NCBI GenBank assembly: GCA_944363885.1
Contig: CALVVO010000001.1
Location: 4,865 to 68,864, forward strand
DNA: 64,000 bases
Reading direction: 5' to 3'
Source: an uncultured Bacilli bacterium
Lineage (GTDB): Bacteria; Bacillota_I; Bacilli_A; RF39; UBA660
In this document: piece by piece, positions 51,008 through 63,801 of the stretch
Layout: each line of letters opens with the position of its first letter
Position numbering within the stretch: position 1 is the first letter of the stretch
Program-made: the position numbers and the translations under genes
Notes under the pieces: model-generated
The model's database searches: none
What the model saw: only the letters and a program-made list of their open reading frames with translations
Told to the model about the DNA's origin: nothing

Positions 51008-52312
51008 ATGATTAAAAAGTTATTTAAAAACAAATTTTTTGCTTCAACATTTATTTTATTAACTGGAGGCTTTTTATCTAAATTTTTAGGATTTATTTTA
51101 AGAATAATTATTTCAAGATATCTAGGTACCGAAGGCTTAGGCTTATATAGTTTATTAATGCCTACTTTTTCATTATTTATTGTAATTGCAACGTTATCTT
51201 TCCCAATTGCGATTAGTAAATTAGTTGCAATACCGAAAAGAAGTAGCAAAAAAGTTATTTTTTCAATTATACCAGTATCATTATTATTTAACATTATAAC
51301 AATTATAGTCTTATTTATCATATCAAGACCACTTGCAACTATATTTTTAAAAGAAGAGCGACTTATTTATCCAATAATATGTATTGGTTTCACACTTCCT
51401 TTTATTGGGCTTTCAAGTATAATTAAAGGCTATTTTTGGGGTAAACAAAGAATGCTTCCATATATTTTATCAAATATAAGCGAGCAAATCTTAAGACTTG
51501 CAATTTTAATAATATGTATCCCAAAATGTATAAAAATAAGTGTTGAACTAACAATATCAGTAATAATATTAGTAAATATATTAAGTGAAAGCTTTTCAGT
51601 TATTGTAATGCTTCTTGGTCTTCCAAAAGGAGTAAAAATACAAAAAGAAGATATTAAACCAAACAAAAGAGACATAAAAGATGTATTAAATATAAGTGTT
51701 CCATCGACCTCAAGTAAAGTTGTAGGTAGTTTAGCACACTTTTTCGAACCAATTATTTTAACAAATGTTTTATTATATGTTGGATATTCAAAAAATTTTA
51801 TCTTAACCGAATATGGAATTATAAATGGTTATGTACTAGGTTTACTACTTATTCCACAGTTTTTTACTCAATCAATTTCTACAGCATTAATACCAGAACT
51901 ATCAAAGTATTTTTACATTGGAAATAAGAAAAAATGCATAACAAGAATTAAACAAATTGTTTCATTAAGCCTACTTATTGGATTAGTATCTACAATCATA
52001 ATATATCTTTTTCCAAACTATTTTTTAAATTTAATTTATAACACAAATTTAGGAGTAAATTACATAAAAGTATTAGCCCCATTCATGTTAATGTATTTTA
52101 TAGATATGCCATTATCAAATTCATTACAGGCACTAGATAAATCTAAAAAAAGTATGTATATAACAATAGGAAGTTCAGTTATTAAGCTTTTAATTATTTT
52201 TATCACGTCTTTCTTTAAAATCGGAATGTATTCACTTATCATATCAATTATAGTTAGTCTATTATTCAGTACATTATGTTATATAAAGACAATAAAAAAA
52301 GTTCTATATTAG
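51008..52312 (+). CDS. SpoVB/MurJ-family MOP-superfamily flippase
   Basis: 434 aa with 12+ TM helices. The N-terminus (GGFLSKFLGFILRIIISRYLGTEGLGLYSLLMPTFSLF...PIAISKLVA) closely parallels SpoVB/MurJ. Confidence 0.75.
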   Translation: MIKKLFKNKFFASTFILLTGGFLSKFLGFILRIIISRYLGTEGLGLYSLLMPTFSLFIVIATLSFPIAISKLVAIPKRSSKKVIFSIIPVSLLFNIITIIVLFIISRPLATIFLKEERLIYPIICIGFTLPFIGLSSIIKGYFWGKQRMLPYILSNISEQILRLAILIICIPKCIKISVELTISVIILVNILSESFSVIVMLLGLPKGVKIQKEDIKPNKRDIKDVLNISVPSTSSKVVGSLAHFFEPIILTNVLLYVGYSKNFILTEYGIINGYVLGLLLIPQFFTQSISTALIPELSKYFYIGNKKKCITRIKQIVSLSLLIGLVSTIIIYLFPNYFLNLIYNTNLGVNYIKVLAPFMLMYFIDMPLSNSLQALDKSKKSMYITIGSSVIKLLIIFITSFFKIGMYSLIISIIVSLLFSTLCYIKTIKKVLY

Positions 52313-52962
52313 AACCTTACCAAATCACTTTTTTTAATAATATATGCTTTTTGATTTTTATAAAATGCATAAAATATCTCATCAATAGATGTATTTTCTT
52401 TTCTAATCAATTCTTTAAGCCATTTTTCATCTTTTTTTAAATATCTTAAAGTATCATGTTGAATTATACCATCTAAAATTAAAGGAAACGGGTTCTCGCT
52501 TTTCATTCTTAAAAAATTATATTTAAATACACTCAAATTACCATTATTCTCAAGTATAGCATATTCAACATCATTTATACTTTTTATATCCTTACTACGA
52601 AGATGGACTAATAAATCATCAAGAGTATACCTTTGTTTTACCATTTCCTTAAAATTAATTTTACCTTGATTAATTATAAGTGCTGGCTTACCTTCCATTA
52701 TATTTCTAAACTTATTAAACTTTAAAGACATAAAAGCTGCAATCAATTCAAAAACAACTAAAATTATAATAGGAATAACAGTAAACCATAAACTTTCCTC
52801 TATTTCTTCTATACTTATAGCGACTAATTCAGCAATTAAAATACTTACAACCAAGTCTTGAATACTAAGTTGTCCCACTTCCCTTTTCCCCATTATTCTA
52901 AATATAATCAAAATAAATAAGTAAAAAAAGATAGTCCTATATATTACAATAAATAGTTCCAT
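52309..52962 (-). CDS. DUF421 (YetF/YdfS-like) membrane protein
   Basis: 217 aa from MELFIVIYRTIFFYLFILIIFRIMGKREVGQLSIQDLVV, the DUF421 signature. It overlaps the flippase gene end by 4 nt. Confidence 0.7.
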   Translation of the reverse strand: MELFIVIYRTIFFYLFILIIFRIMGKREVGQLSIQDLVVSILIAELVAISIEEIEESLWFTVIPIIILVVFELIAAFMSLKFNKFRNIMEGKPALIINQGKINFKEMVKQRYTLDDLLVHLRSKDIKSINDVEYAILENNGNLSVFKYNFLRMKSENPFPLILDGIIQHDTLRYLKKDEKWLKELIRKENTSIDEIFYAFYKNQKAYIIKKSDLVRF

Positions 52963-53043
52963 AAAATCACCTACAACTATTATGAGAATAATCATATTTT
53001 TTTAAACAATAAATACAATTAATATAGAAAGAAGGTTAAATAA

Positions 53044-53403
53044 ATGCCAAATTATAAATACATTTTAAAAGGTTTTTTATATTTTATTGTTTCTTTATTA
53101 ATAATACTTGTTTTAACTTCAACTCTTAATTATTTTAATATAATTGGATACAAAACAGTATATATAATATCATTTATAGTGCTTATCATCGCGTCACTTT
53201 TTAGCGGATATTATCTTGCAAAACATAGCGAGCAAAAAGGGTATTTAATAGGAGCATTAATAGGAATTATAAATACATTTTTTCTAATTATATTATCACT
53301 AATATTTTCTAAATTATCATTAATTAGTCTACTATATTATTTTATATTAATGCTTTCTAGCGTAACAGGAGGAATATTTGGAATAAATCATAAAAAAAGA
53401 TAA
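53044..53403 (+). CDS. Small 4-TM membrane protein (Clostridial TIGR04086-like)
   Basis: 119 aa and hydrophobic. GYLIGALIGIIN and GGIFGI segments. Confidence 0.45.
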   Translation: MPNYKYILKGFLYFIVSLLIILVLTSTLNYFNIIGYKTVYIISFIVLIIASLFSGYYLAKHSEQKGYLIGALIGIINTFFLIILSLIFSKLSLISLLYYFILMLSSVTGGIFGINHKKR

Positions 53404-53412
53404 GTTAAAATT

Positions 53413-55784
<2,372 letters not shown>

Positions 55785-55785
55785 A

Positions 55786-57366
55786 TCATTCCTCCATATC
55801 ATTTTTAATTTCTTGGACTATTTTATCACTTGGTACAATTATATCTGCGGTTTTATTATTAAATCCTATAATTACAAATCCATTTCTATTTAATTCATCA
55901 AATACTTTATCACTTTTTATTTTATCTATAGCAGTATCATATATTTTGTTTAATGTTACAAAAGATTTATAATCAAATTCTATTTGATTTCTATCATAAT
56001 ATAGAGCATTTAAAATTTTTTTAATTAACTCAACCAATTCAATAGAATTCAAACTAGTTTTAACATTCCTAACTTCAACTAATTTTTTATCTAAATAGTT
56101 AACCCAAAGATATTTACTACTTATTGTTCTTTGATATTTACAATACTCTTCAAAATCCCAAATAAATTTGTACTGCTTGTAAATATTTTCTTCAAAATAA
56201 TTTTCTTTTTCACTTAATAAAGCCATTAACTTTTTATGAGATTCAATTGGATTTGTAACATCATATTGATTAAAATTCATATGGATGCCGCAATTTTTTT
56301 CAGAAGATACTTGTATTATTCCTTTTGAAAAAATCATTATTTCTTGTAAATTATTCCAAAATTCATAAATTTCTTCTACTTTTAAAGGATCCAAAACTAT
56401 CTCAAATGAATAGTCTCCTATAATTGTACCATCTTTAACAAAATATCCATTTTCACCAACTAATTCTTTTATATTTGCAAGTAATTTTTTTGTAAAAGAA
56501 TATTTATCTCTTTCAAGAGTAACGGAAACCTCTATTTCTAGACCAACTTCGTCATAAGCAATTTTTTCTTTTAATTTTCTTTCATAACCAAATGCAGGTT
56601 TTATATCCAATACCTTATCAAATTTTGCTTCATAATCAAATTTATTTTTTCTAGTATTTCTAACAACTGCTTTTTTCCCCTTTTTATCCTTAAAAATAAC
56701 AGAAGAAAACTTAGATTTATTTTCTAAATAATTAATAACTCCAAGTATGGCATTTATTAGGTTAGAAACCTGCGCTTTATTCTTATGAAAATTTCTATTT
56801 TTCTGACCTATCTCTAATTGAATTGATTTTACACCAGTATCTTTATGTATTCTAGAACATATAGTCCTATTATGCGATCTATAAATTTTATCAATCGTAA
56901 CAGTCCCTAAAGAATATTTATTTAACTCTTTTACAATATCTTTTACAAGTTTTTTATCATTATTAACATTTTTAAATTCATTTACTCCAATATCTAAATC
57001 AGTAATTTCATTTATAGCTAAAGAATGAATATCAATAACATAATCAATATTATTACTTCTCACATATTTTTTTAAATATTCATAATAAAAATTATTCTCT
57101 TTATCATAGTTTGGGTCATAATCAATCTCTTTATTAATATACATAACATGGCAATTTGATAATTCTGAAATAACCCTAATTAAAGAATATGTCAAATAAT
57201 CTTTGCTTTTATTTTCACCATTTTTTTCGTGAGTAAAAGTATGAGGCGCTGACAACAAAATATTATTTGTTCCTTTTTTACAGTTTATTTCCTCAAATTT
57301 CACTAAATTTTTATCTTTTCTATGACTTTTTAAAAGTTTTCTAAATTCTTTTAGCATTTTCACCAT
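55786..57366 (-). CDS. Uncharacterised 526-aa protein, possible N-terminal amidohydrolase-like domain, partner of the ATP-grasp ligase
   Basis: It overlaps the queA stop by 26 nt and is coupled to the ATP-grasp gene. The N-terminal approximately 210 aa carry ILLSAPHTFTHE...YVIDIHSL...IQLEIGQ. The C-terminal approximately 300 aa have no recognisable motif. Confidence 0.55.
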   Translation of the reverse strand: MVKMLKEFRKLLKSHRKDKNLVKFEEINCKKGTNNILLSAPHTFTHEKNGENKSKDYLTYSLIRVISELSNCHVMYINKEIDYDPNYDKENNFYYEYLKKYVRSNNIDYVIDIHSLAINEITDLDIGVNEFKNVNNDKKLVKDIVKELNKYSLGTVTIDKIYRSHNRTICSRIHKDTGVKSIQLEIGQKNRNFHKNKAQVSNLINAILGVINYLENKSKFSSVIFKDKKGKKAVVRNTRKNKFDYEAKFDKVLDIKPAFGYERKLKEKIAYDEVGLEIEVSVTLERDKYSFTKKLLANIKELVGENGYFVKDGTIIGDYSFEIVLDPLKVEEIYEFWNNLQEIMIFSKGIIQVSSEKNCGIHMNFNQYDVTNPIESHKKLMALLSEKENYFEENIYKQYKFIWDFEEYCKYQRTISSKYLWVNYLDKKLVEVRNVKTSLNSIELVELIKKILNALYYDRNQIEFDYKSFVTLNKIYDTAIDKIKSDKVFDELNRNGFVIIGFNNKTADIIVPSDKIVQEIKNDMEE

Positions 57367-58399
57367 CTCCTATTTTATCTGTAATAAACATCGCATCACC
57401 AAAGCTAAAAAATCTGTAATTATTCTTTACTGCTTCATTATATGCTGACAAAATAATTTCTTTACTAGATAATGCACTAACAAGCATAAGTAATGTACTT
57501 TTTGGCAAATGAAAATTAGTAATTAATGCGTCAACTGCTTTAAATTCATATCCAGGATAAATAAAAATATCAGTTTCTTCCCTAATTGCTTTAAATTTTC
57601 CGTATTTACTAATGTTGCTTTCTAACGTTCTAACACTTGTAGTACCAACACAAACTATTCTTCTCTTTTCACTTTTAGCTTTATTTAACTTAGTAGCAAC
57701 TTCTTCCGTTATTTCATACTCTTCTGAATGCATAACATGTTTAGTAACATCTTCTACATTTACAGGTCTAAATGTGCCAAGTCCAACATGCAATGTGATA
57801 TAAAGTACTTCTATTCCCTTATTTTCAATTTCTTCTAATAATTCATTTGTAAAGTGCAAACCAGCAGTTGGTGCTGCAGCACTACCATTTATTTTAGAAT
57901 AAACTGTATTATATCTATCTTTGTATTTAAGTTTTTCATGAATATAAGGCGGTAATGGCATAGTGCCTATTTTACTTATTATTTCTAAAAATACGCCTTT
58001 ATAATCAAATTTAATATGAGTTATTCCTTCTTCTTTTATATCTATTACTGTCCCAGTTAACTCGTCAGAAAATATTAATTTAGTTCCAATTTTTAATCTT
58101 TTTTGTTTTCGTGCCAAACACTCATAAACATCTTTATCTATCTCTTTTAAAAGCAATATTTCAATCGATGCTTTAGTATCTTCTTTTATAGCATAAATTC
58201 TAGATGGTATAACTCTTGTGTTGTTTAAAACTAAAACGTCTCCTTTATTTAGATAATTAATTATATTAAAAAACTTCTCATGAATAATTTCACCAGTAAT
58301 TTTATCCAAAACTAAAAGCTTTGAAAAACTCCTGTTCTCCAAAGGACTTTGCGCAATTAAATGTTCAGGTAAAAAATAATCAAAATCACTTGTTTTCAT
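57341..58399 (-). CDS. queA: S-adenosylmethionine:tRNA ribosyltransferase-isomerase
   Basis: 352 aa from MKTSDFDYFLPEHLIAQSPLENR with a typical QueA N-terminus. Full-length colinearity with QueA. Confidence 0.9.
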   Translation of the reverse strand: MKTSDFDYFLPEHLIAQSPLENRSFSKLLVLDKITGEIIHEKFFNIINYLNKGDVLVLNNTRVIPSRIYAIKEDTKASIEILLLKEIDKDVYECLARKQKRLKIGTKLIFSDELTGTVIDIKEEGITHIKFDYKGVFLEIISKIGTMPLPPYIHEKLKYKDRYNTVYSKINGSAAAPTAGLHFTNELLEEIENKGIEVLYITLHVGLGTFRPVNVEDVTKHVMHSEEYEITEEVATKLNKAKSEKRRIVCVGTTSVRTLESNISKYGKFKAIREETDIFIYPGYEFKAVDALITNFHLPKSTLLMLVSALSSKEIILSAYNEAVKNNYRFFSFGDAMFITDKIGDGENAKRI

Positions 58400-58457
58400 T
58401 TTTAACTCCTTTAAAAAACAAAGTTATTATACTTTGCTTTTTAACATATGTAAAGAT

Positions 58458-58751
58458 TTATTTTATATTATTGTAAGTATTTCTAATATCTTCTTCAGAT
58501 TGTAAACCAACTTGTTCTGCAACAACTTTTCCATCTTTAACATAGACAAGTTTAGGAATACTCATTACTTTATATTCATTTGCTATATTTGGAAATTTAT
58601 CAACGTTTACTTTTATGACACTTATGTCAGTCATATCTTCTAAAATTGGACTTAACATAGTGCAAGGTCCACACCAATCAGCATAAAAATCTATTAAATG
58701 CGTTCCTTCTTTGATTAATTCGTTTAAATTTTCTTTTTCTAAATGTATCAT
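58458..58751 (-). CDS. trxA: Thioredoxin
   Basis: 97 aa with the WCGPC active site. Confidence 0.9.
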   Translation of the reverse strand: MIHLEKENLNELIKEGTHLIDFYADWCGPCTMLSPILEDMTDISVIKVNVDKFPNIANEYKVMSIPKLVYVKDGKVVAEQVGLQSEEDIRNTYNNIK

Positions 58752-59456
58752 TTACTCCTCCTTATATTTTTCAATTAAACTATCTACACCATTAAAAGTC
58801 AACTTATTATTTTCTTTTAATTTTAAAATAGTATTTGAATCAACTACTTTATGTTCCATCATAATATCAAGTGCTGCATAGTTAAATTCATCTATATTTT
58901 CTTCGTTATAGTCATCCTTCAAATTATATATTTCTTCTATTGTACCAGTAGTTTCACTAACAATATCAGTTAAAACCAATGAATGATTTAAAATAAAAGT
59001 TGCAACTTTTGAACTATAAATCGTATTCATAAAAAGAAATGGCTGACTAAGAACAAAAACCAATATAAATATTAGTACATACGCTTCCACAAAACCAACA
59101 ATCGCACCTAATAGTTTAGAAATCATTCCAAGAATAATTGTTGCATTAAATACTTTTTCAATAAATCCAGACACTTTAATTAAAATACCTAGAGCTAGAG
59201 ATAAAATTGCAACGGCTATTAAAAATGCTAATAATTCATAAAGTAATATATTTATTACAACTGCTCCATTTAATATATTGAAAAATGGTAAATATGTATA
59301 CAATATAGTAGCAAGTGGATTCTTTAAATAAAACGCAAGTATAAAAACTATTATAGTTCCAACTAATGTTACAGTACTTTTTATTACTCCACTTTTAAGT
59401 CCACCAAGAATTCCAATAATAAATAAAACGATTATAATTGAATCTAATAAATTCAT
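58752..59456 (-). CDS. cvpA: CvpA-family membrane protein with a C-terminal soluble extension
   Basis: 234 aa from MNLLDSIIIVLFIIGILGGLKSG (RBS AGGAAG) with four TM helices. The C-terminal approximately 70 aa are hydrophilic. Confidence 0.65.
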   Translation of the reverse strand: MNLLDSIIIVLFIIGILGGLKSGVIKSTVTLVGTIIVFILAFYLKNPLATILYTYLPFFNILNGAVVINILLYELLAFLIAVAILSLALGILIKVSGFIEKVFNATIILGMISKLLGAIVGFVEAYVLIFILVFVLSQPFLFMNTIYSSKVATFILNHSLVLTDIVSETTGTIEEIYNLKDDYNEENIDEFNYAALDIMMEHKVVDSNTILKLKENNKLTFNGVDSLIEKYKEE

Positions 59457-59532
59457 TTTATCACTTCCTAGTCTAATTATATTATAAACAAAATTAAAAA
59501 TAAACATAAAAAAAGAAGTTTAACACTTCTTT

Positions 59533-61452
59533 TTATTGTCTAACATATTTATGTTGAACTAGATAGTCAATAATAAATTGCATTTTTTCTTCAGTTGAAG
59601 CACCTGGATTTGTAACTTGATAATATTCTTCATAAGCATCAGCTAATACTCCAGCCAAATCACTAGGTATTGCATAAAATTTCAAATAATAGTCAATATT
59701 TTTAACATTAGTCATAATTGTATCTAATTTACTATCCATACCATTTAATTTAGTAGTAATATTATCAATATTAGTATTTAATGTTCCTAATATATTATTA
59801 TTTTCTTCAACAGTAGTCTTAATTTCAGCAAGTGATGTAGTGAAATCTTGTGTTCTTTGATTTAAAACACTATATCTACCTCTTTCATCAGAAGCTAAAG
59901 TTGCTAAATTTGTACCAAGATCTTTGATATCTTGTCTTATTACATTTTGTCTACCAACGGCATTTGATTCATATGTTGCTAATGAAGATTTTACATCATT
60001 TATTCCATTTATAACGTCATTTGTATTTTTAGATAATGAAGTTATAGAGCTAGAAATATCAGAAAGTGATGATTCTATTCTTGAATTAACTATACTTAAA
60101 TTTCTAAATGAAACATTTACAGTTGATGTTAAATCATTTAATGAACCCTCAATTCTATTTGTTACTATACTCAAATTATTTAATGATGTCCTTGTTTGAT
60201 TAGCATGAGTAGTTAATGTATTTTTAATTCCATTTGTTACTGTACTCAAATTATTTAATGATGTCCTTGTTTGATTAGCATGAGTGGTCAATGTATTTTT
60301 AATTCCATTTGTTACTGTACTCAAATTATTTAATGATGTCTTTGTTTGACTAGCATGAGTAGTTAATGTATCTTTAATTCCATTTGTTACTGTACTCAAA
60401 TTATTTAATGATGTCTTTGTTTGATTAGCATGAGTAGTTAATGTATCTTTAATTCCATTTGTTACTATGCTTAAATTATTTAATGATGTTCTGTTTTCAA
60501 CTATAAATGAATTTAAAGAACTTTGAACATTGTCAATTTTATCACTTAAGAATAATGTATTATTTGCATTATCCTCTAATATTGTCTTTTCTGCATTATC
60601 AATATTATTATTTATTGAATTCATGCTATTAGTAATCATGTTACCTAAATGAGTTCTTGTGTTATTTAAGTCAGTGTGTATTGCATTTTGACTATTAGTA
60701 ATCATATTACCTAAGTCTGTACGCAATGCATTTTCACTATTAGTTATTACATTTGTTAAATGATTTCTTGTGTTACTTAAATCTGTATGTATTGCATTTT
60801 GACTATTTGTAATCATATTACCTAAGTCTGTACGCAATGCATTTTCACTATTAGTTATTACATTTGTTAAATAATCTCTTGTATTACTTAAATCTGTATG
60901 TATTGCATTCTGACTATTGGTAATCATATTACCTAAATGATTTCTTGTATTATCTAAGTCAGTATGTATTGCATTTTGACTATTAGTAATCATATTACCT
61001 AAATGAGTTCTTGTGTTATTTAAGTCAGTATGTATTGCATTCTGACTATTAGATAAAGCAGTTAATAATGCAGATCTTGTATTATTAATATTATTATCCA
61101 AATTAGTATAATTTGTATTTATTAGAACTGTTAAAGCATCTGTTTTTTCAGTAAGACTCTTATCTAATAAATAATATTTTGAACTAATATTAGAATTAAT
61201 ACTTGATTCTGAATCATTAATGTTTTCAATAATTTCATCTTTTGATTCAGTCACAGCTTCATTTAATTCAGTAGTTTGTTTATTATTATTTTCATCTAAG
61301 AATTCAATTTTATCAAGCACATTTGGAATTGAATTACCATTGATATCAAATAATTTTGCAAGAGACAAACCAAGTAAAGTAAATAAAGCAACTAAAATTA
61401 CAACAACTACTACAATTTGTAGTGTTTGATTTTTTTGTTTTTTATTTTTCAT
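59533..61452 (-). CDS. Membrane-anchored Asn/Thr-rich tandem-repeat protein
   Basis: 639 aa with an N-terminal TM anchor (IVVVVVILVALFTLLGLSL). It has about eight 22-aa repeats (ITNSQNAIHTDLxNTRxHLGNM) and then five 25-aa repeats (TSLNNLSTVTNGIKDTLTTHANQTK). The C-terminus is a unique approximately 140-aa domain. Confidence 0.55.
   Translation of the reverse strand: MKNKKQKNQTLQIVVVVVILVALFTLLGLSLAKLFDINGNSIPNVLDKIEFLDENNNKQTTELNEAVTESKDEIIENINDSESSINSNISSKYYLLDKSLTEKTDALTVLINTNYTNLDNNINNTRSALLTALSNSQNAIHTDLNNTRTHLGNMITNSQNAIHTDLDNTRNHLGNMITNSQNAIHTDLSNTRDYLTNVITNSENALRTDLGNMITNSQNAIHTDLSNTRNHLTNVITNSENALRTDLGNMITNSQNAIHTDLNNTRTHLGNMITNSMNSINNNIDNAEKTILEDNANNTLFLSDKIDNVQSSLNSFIVENRTSLNNLSIVTNGIKDTLTTHANQTKTSLNNLSTVTNGIKDTLTTHASQTKTSLNNLSTVTNGIKNTLTTHANQTRTSLNNLSTVTNGIKNTLTTHANQTRTSLNNLSIVTNRIEGSLNDLTSTVNVSFRNLSIVNSRIESSLSDISSSITSLSKNTNDVINGINDVKSSLATYESNAVGRQNVIRQDIKDLGTNLATLASDERGRYSVLNQRTQDFTTSLAEIKTTVEENNNILGTLNTNIDNITTKLNGMDSKLDTIMTNVKNIDYYLKFYAIPSDLAGVLADAYEEYYQVTNPGASTEEKMQFIIDYLVQHKYVRQ
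60100..61080. repeat. Two families of in-frame coding tandem repeats (approximately 66-bp and approximately 75-bp units)
   Basis: The 75-bp units recur near 60171, 60251, 60331 and 60411. The 66-bp units recur across approximately 60550-61080. Confidence 0.7.
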
Positions 61453-61472
61453 ACCTCTACTCCCCTGTATAC

Positions 61473-62633
61473 TTATTTAATTTTTTTATAAGAATTCTCA
61501 TAAAAAATTTTATAATCTTCTATCATATCTTGAATATCATCAACCAATTTATTATTTCTAACAATATCATAATAGTTTTCTAGCTTAGAATCATCTAATT
61601 CTAACCTTTTAACAATATGAAATGCATAATCAGTTTCAATGACATCAGATATTGAGCCAGTACCCAAACCAACAACCACACTTTCAATATTCTCTAACAA
61701 GTCTCCTTTAGCATAATAATAAGTATTATTACCTTTTTCCTGAGCTTCTTCACTATATTTGATGATTAAATCTTCAAAATCAGCGCCATTTATAGCTTCA
61801 GTTAAAATACTATTTGCCAAAGTTTCTTTTTGATTAATTATAGTATCACTTAAATCACTTCCAGTGCTAACATCTATTTTTGCTAGTACAATTTGTTGTA
61901 TTTTAAGATATTTTTCAAAATACTCTTCTTTAGCACTTTCTTTTTCTTCAGTTGTTAAATCATTCTTTTTTCCACTACTATATAATTCTTCAAAAACTTT
62001 ATCATATAACTTATTTATATAATAAAATTTATCATAAGCTGCTTCAGTTATATTGTTTTTTATAAGAAGTTTTTTAAATTCAGACTTTCCACCAACATTA
62101 CTAATAACTTCCTCTTTATTTTCTTCAAGTTCTTCATAATCCTCATCTGATAAAGAGATATTATTATCTTCTGCTATACGTTCCACTGCAGTTAATATTT
62201 TAAGTTCTTCAACAGCTTGTTGTTTAAGGTACTCACCAACAGTCATATTTAATGAAGTAATTTGTTCATCTAAAGTTGCATCAGGTATTTCATAACTTTC
62301 TTTACCAAAATAACTATACTTTAGATTGTATAATTGCATATTTAAATCCGCTTTTGTAAATTTAGTATCATCAATTGTTACAACAGTGAATCCAAGAGAT
62401 ATACTTAAATAAATTAAATAGAAGATTATAAGAATAATTAATCCACTAAGTATACCAAATATGTACTTATGAGATTTAATAAAATTAAATATTTTCCCAA
62501 AAAAACCTTTAATTTTAGATCCCACTTTTTTTGGTTCCTTTACCTCAATCACTCCTTCTTTTTTAGAATTTGTTCTAGTAGTTTTTTTAGTAGTAACTTT
62601 CTTAGATGTAGTTTTACTACCTTTCGTAGCCAT
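61473..62633 (-). CDS. Membrane-anchored PpiC/parvulin-type peptidyl-prolyl isomerase (PrsA-like)
   Basis: 386 aa with a basic N-terminal tail and TM helix. C-terminal parvulin-like segment YYYAKGDLLENIESVVVGLGTGSISDVIETDYAFHIVKRLE. Confidence 0.55.
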   Translation of the reverse strand: MATKGSKTTSKKVTTKKTTRTNSKKEGVIEVKEPKKVGSKIKGFFGKIFNFIKSHKYIFGILSGLIILIIFYLIYLSISLGFTVVTIDDTKFTKADLNMQLYNLKYSYFGKESYEIPDATLDEQITSLNMTVGEYLKQQAVEELKILTAVERIAEDNNISLSDEDYEELEENKEEVISNVGGKSEFKKLLIKNNITEAAYDKFYYINKLYDKVFEELYSSGKKNDLTTEEKESAKEEYFEKYLKIQQIVLAKIDVSTGSDLSDTIINQKETLANSILTEAINGADFEDLIIKYSEEAQEKGNNTYYYAKGDLLENIESVVVGLGTGSISDVIETDYAFHIVKRLELDDSKLENYYDIVRNNKLVDDIQDMIEDYKIFYENSYKKIK

Positions 62634-62880
62634 TCCAATTCCCCCTTTATCATTTGCTCAAGACAATACTATCTCAAGAAATAATGTCTTTTATTCTAGC
62701 ATATTTTTGCTTATTGTCAATCAAAATAATGCTTTTTGTATAGATAAAGGTGCAAAAAATTGTTTTTATAAATTAAAATGGTTCAATATATTATACGTTT
62801 TATGAATAATTTAATTACACAAGAGTAAATAATATAGATTTAAAAAATATAATTTGATAAAATAATTACAGGTGATTTGT

Positions 62881-63792
62881 ATGACTATCGTTTTTAAAGT
62901 AAGTGATAACGTCAAAGAAAAAATGATTGAGTATTACATGGACAAAAGGAAACCTAAAACACCGCCTTATGCTATATTTCAAGCAGTTGAAGCTGACACA
63001 GTAATTACACTTTATGAAAGTGGCAAAGCAATGTTTCAGGGAATAAGTGCTGATGTAGATGCTAATCTTTGGAAAGATATGGAAAAACACTTAAATAACA
63101 TTGATATAGATTTTAATGAAAAACAAAAAGAAAAAACAGACAAAACATATTATTACCTAAATGCAATAGGTAGTGACGAAGTTGGAACTGGTGATTATTT
63201 TTTACCGATTGTCGTATGTGCAACATATGTTAAAAAAACTGATATTGCTTTTTTAGAAAGACTTAAAATTCAAGATTCTAAAAAAATGACTGATGATAAA
63301 ATTAGAAGATGTGCGCCTATCATTATGAATAAAATCCCACACGAATATATAATTATGACTAATAAAGAATATAACGCGACACATACAAGTGATAACATGA
63401 ACAAAATAAAAGCAATTTTACATAATCAAGTATTATATAAAATGACAAATAAAGGTTTTTTGTACGATAAAGTTATAGTAGACCAATTTGCCTACCCTAG
63501 AAGTTATTACGGATATTTAAAAGACGTAAAAGATAAAGTAACGAATATTACATTTATTACAAAAGCAGAAGATAAAAACTTAAGTGTTGCCTGTGCGTCA
63601 GTTATAAGCAGATATGTTTTTTTAACTGAAATGGATAAACTAAATAAAAAATATAATATTACTTTTCCAAAAGGTGCTGGAATAAAAGTTGATGAAGTTG
63701 GAAAAGAACTTGTAAAAAAATATGGCAAAGACATACTTAATGAAATAAGTAAAGTTTCATTTAAAAATACAGAAAAGATTTTAAAAAGTTAG
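62881..63792 (+). CDS. rnhC: Ribonuclease HIII
   Basis: 304 aa from MTIVFKVSD. N-terminal TBP-like domain plus an RNase H fold (GSDEVGTGDYFLPIVV). The cvpA/rnhC neighbourhood matches B. subtilis. Confidence 0.85.
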   Translation: MTIVFKVSDNVKEKMIEYYMDKRKPKTPPYAIFQAVEADTVITLYESGKAMFQGISADVDANLWKDMEKHLNNIDIDFNEKQKEKTDKTYYYLNAIGSDEVGTGDYFLPIVVCATYVKKTDIAFLERLKIQDSKKMTDDKIRRCAPIIMNKIPHEYIIMTNKEYNATHTSDNMNKIKAILHNQVLYKMTNKGFLYDKVIVDQFAYPRSYYGYLKDVKDKVTNITFITKAEDKNLSVACASVISRYVFLTEMDKLNKKYNITFPKGAGIKVDEVGKELVKKYGKDILNEISKVSFKNTEKILKS

Positions 63793-63801
63793 GATTTAAT
63801 T

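Noticed and set aside
50935-51321. 128-aa minus-strand ORF spanning the hisS upstream region and the flippase gene start
   Set aside because: It is antisense to the flippase gene. The hisS start with a strong RBS lies at 50923, so this is spurious.
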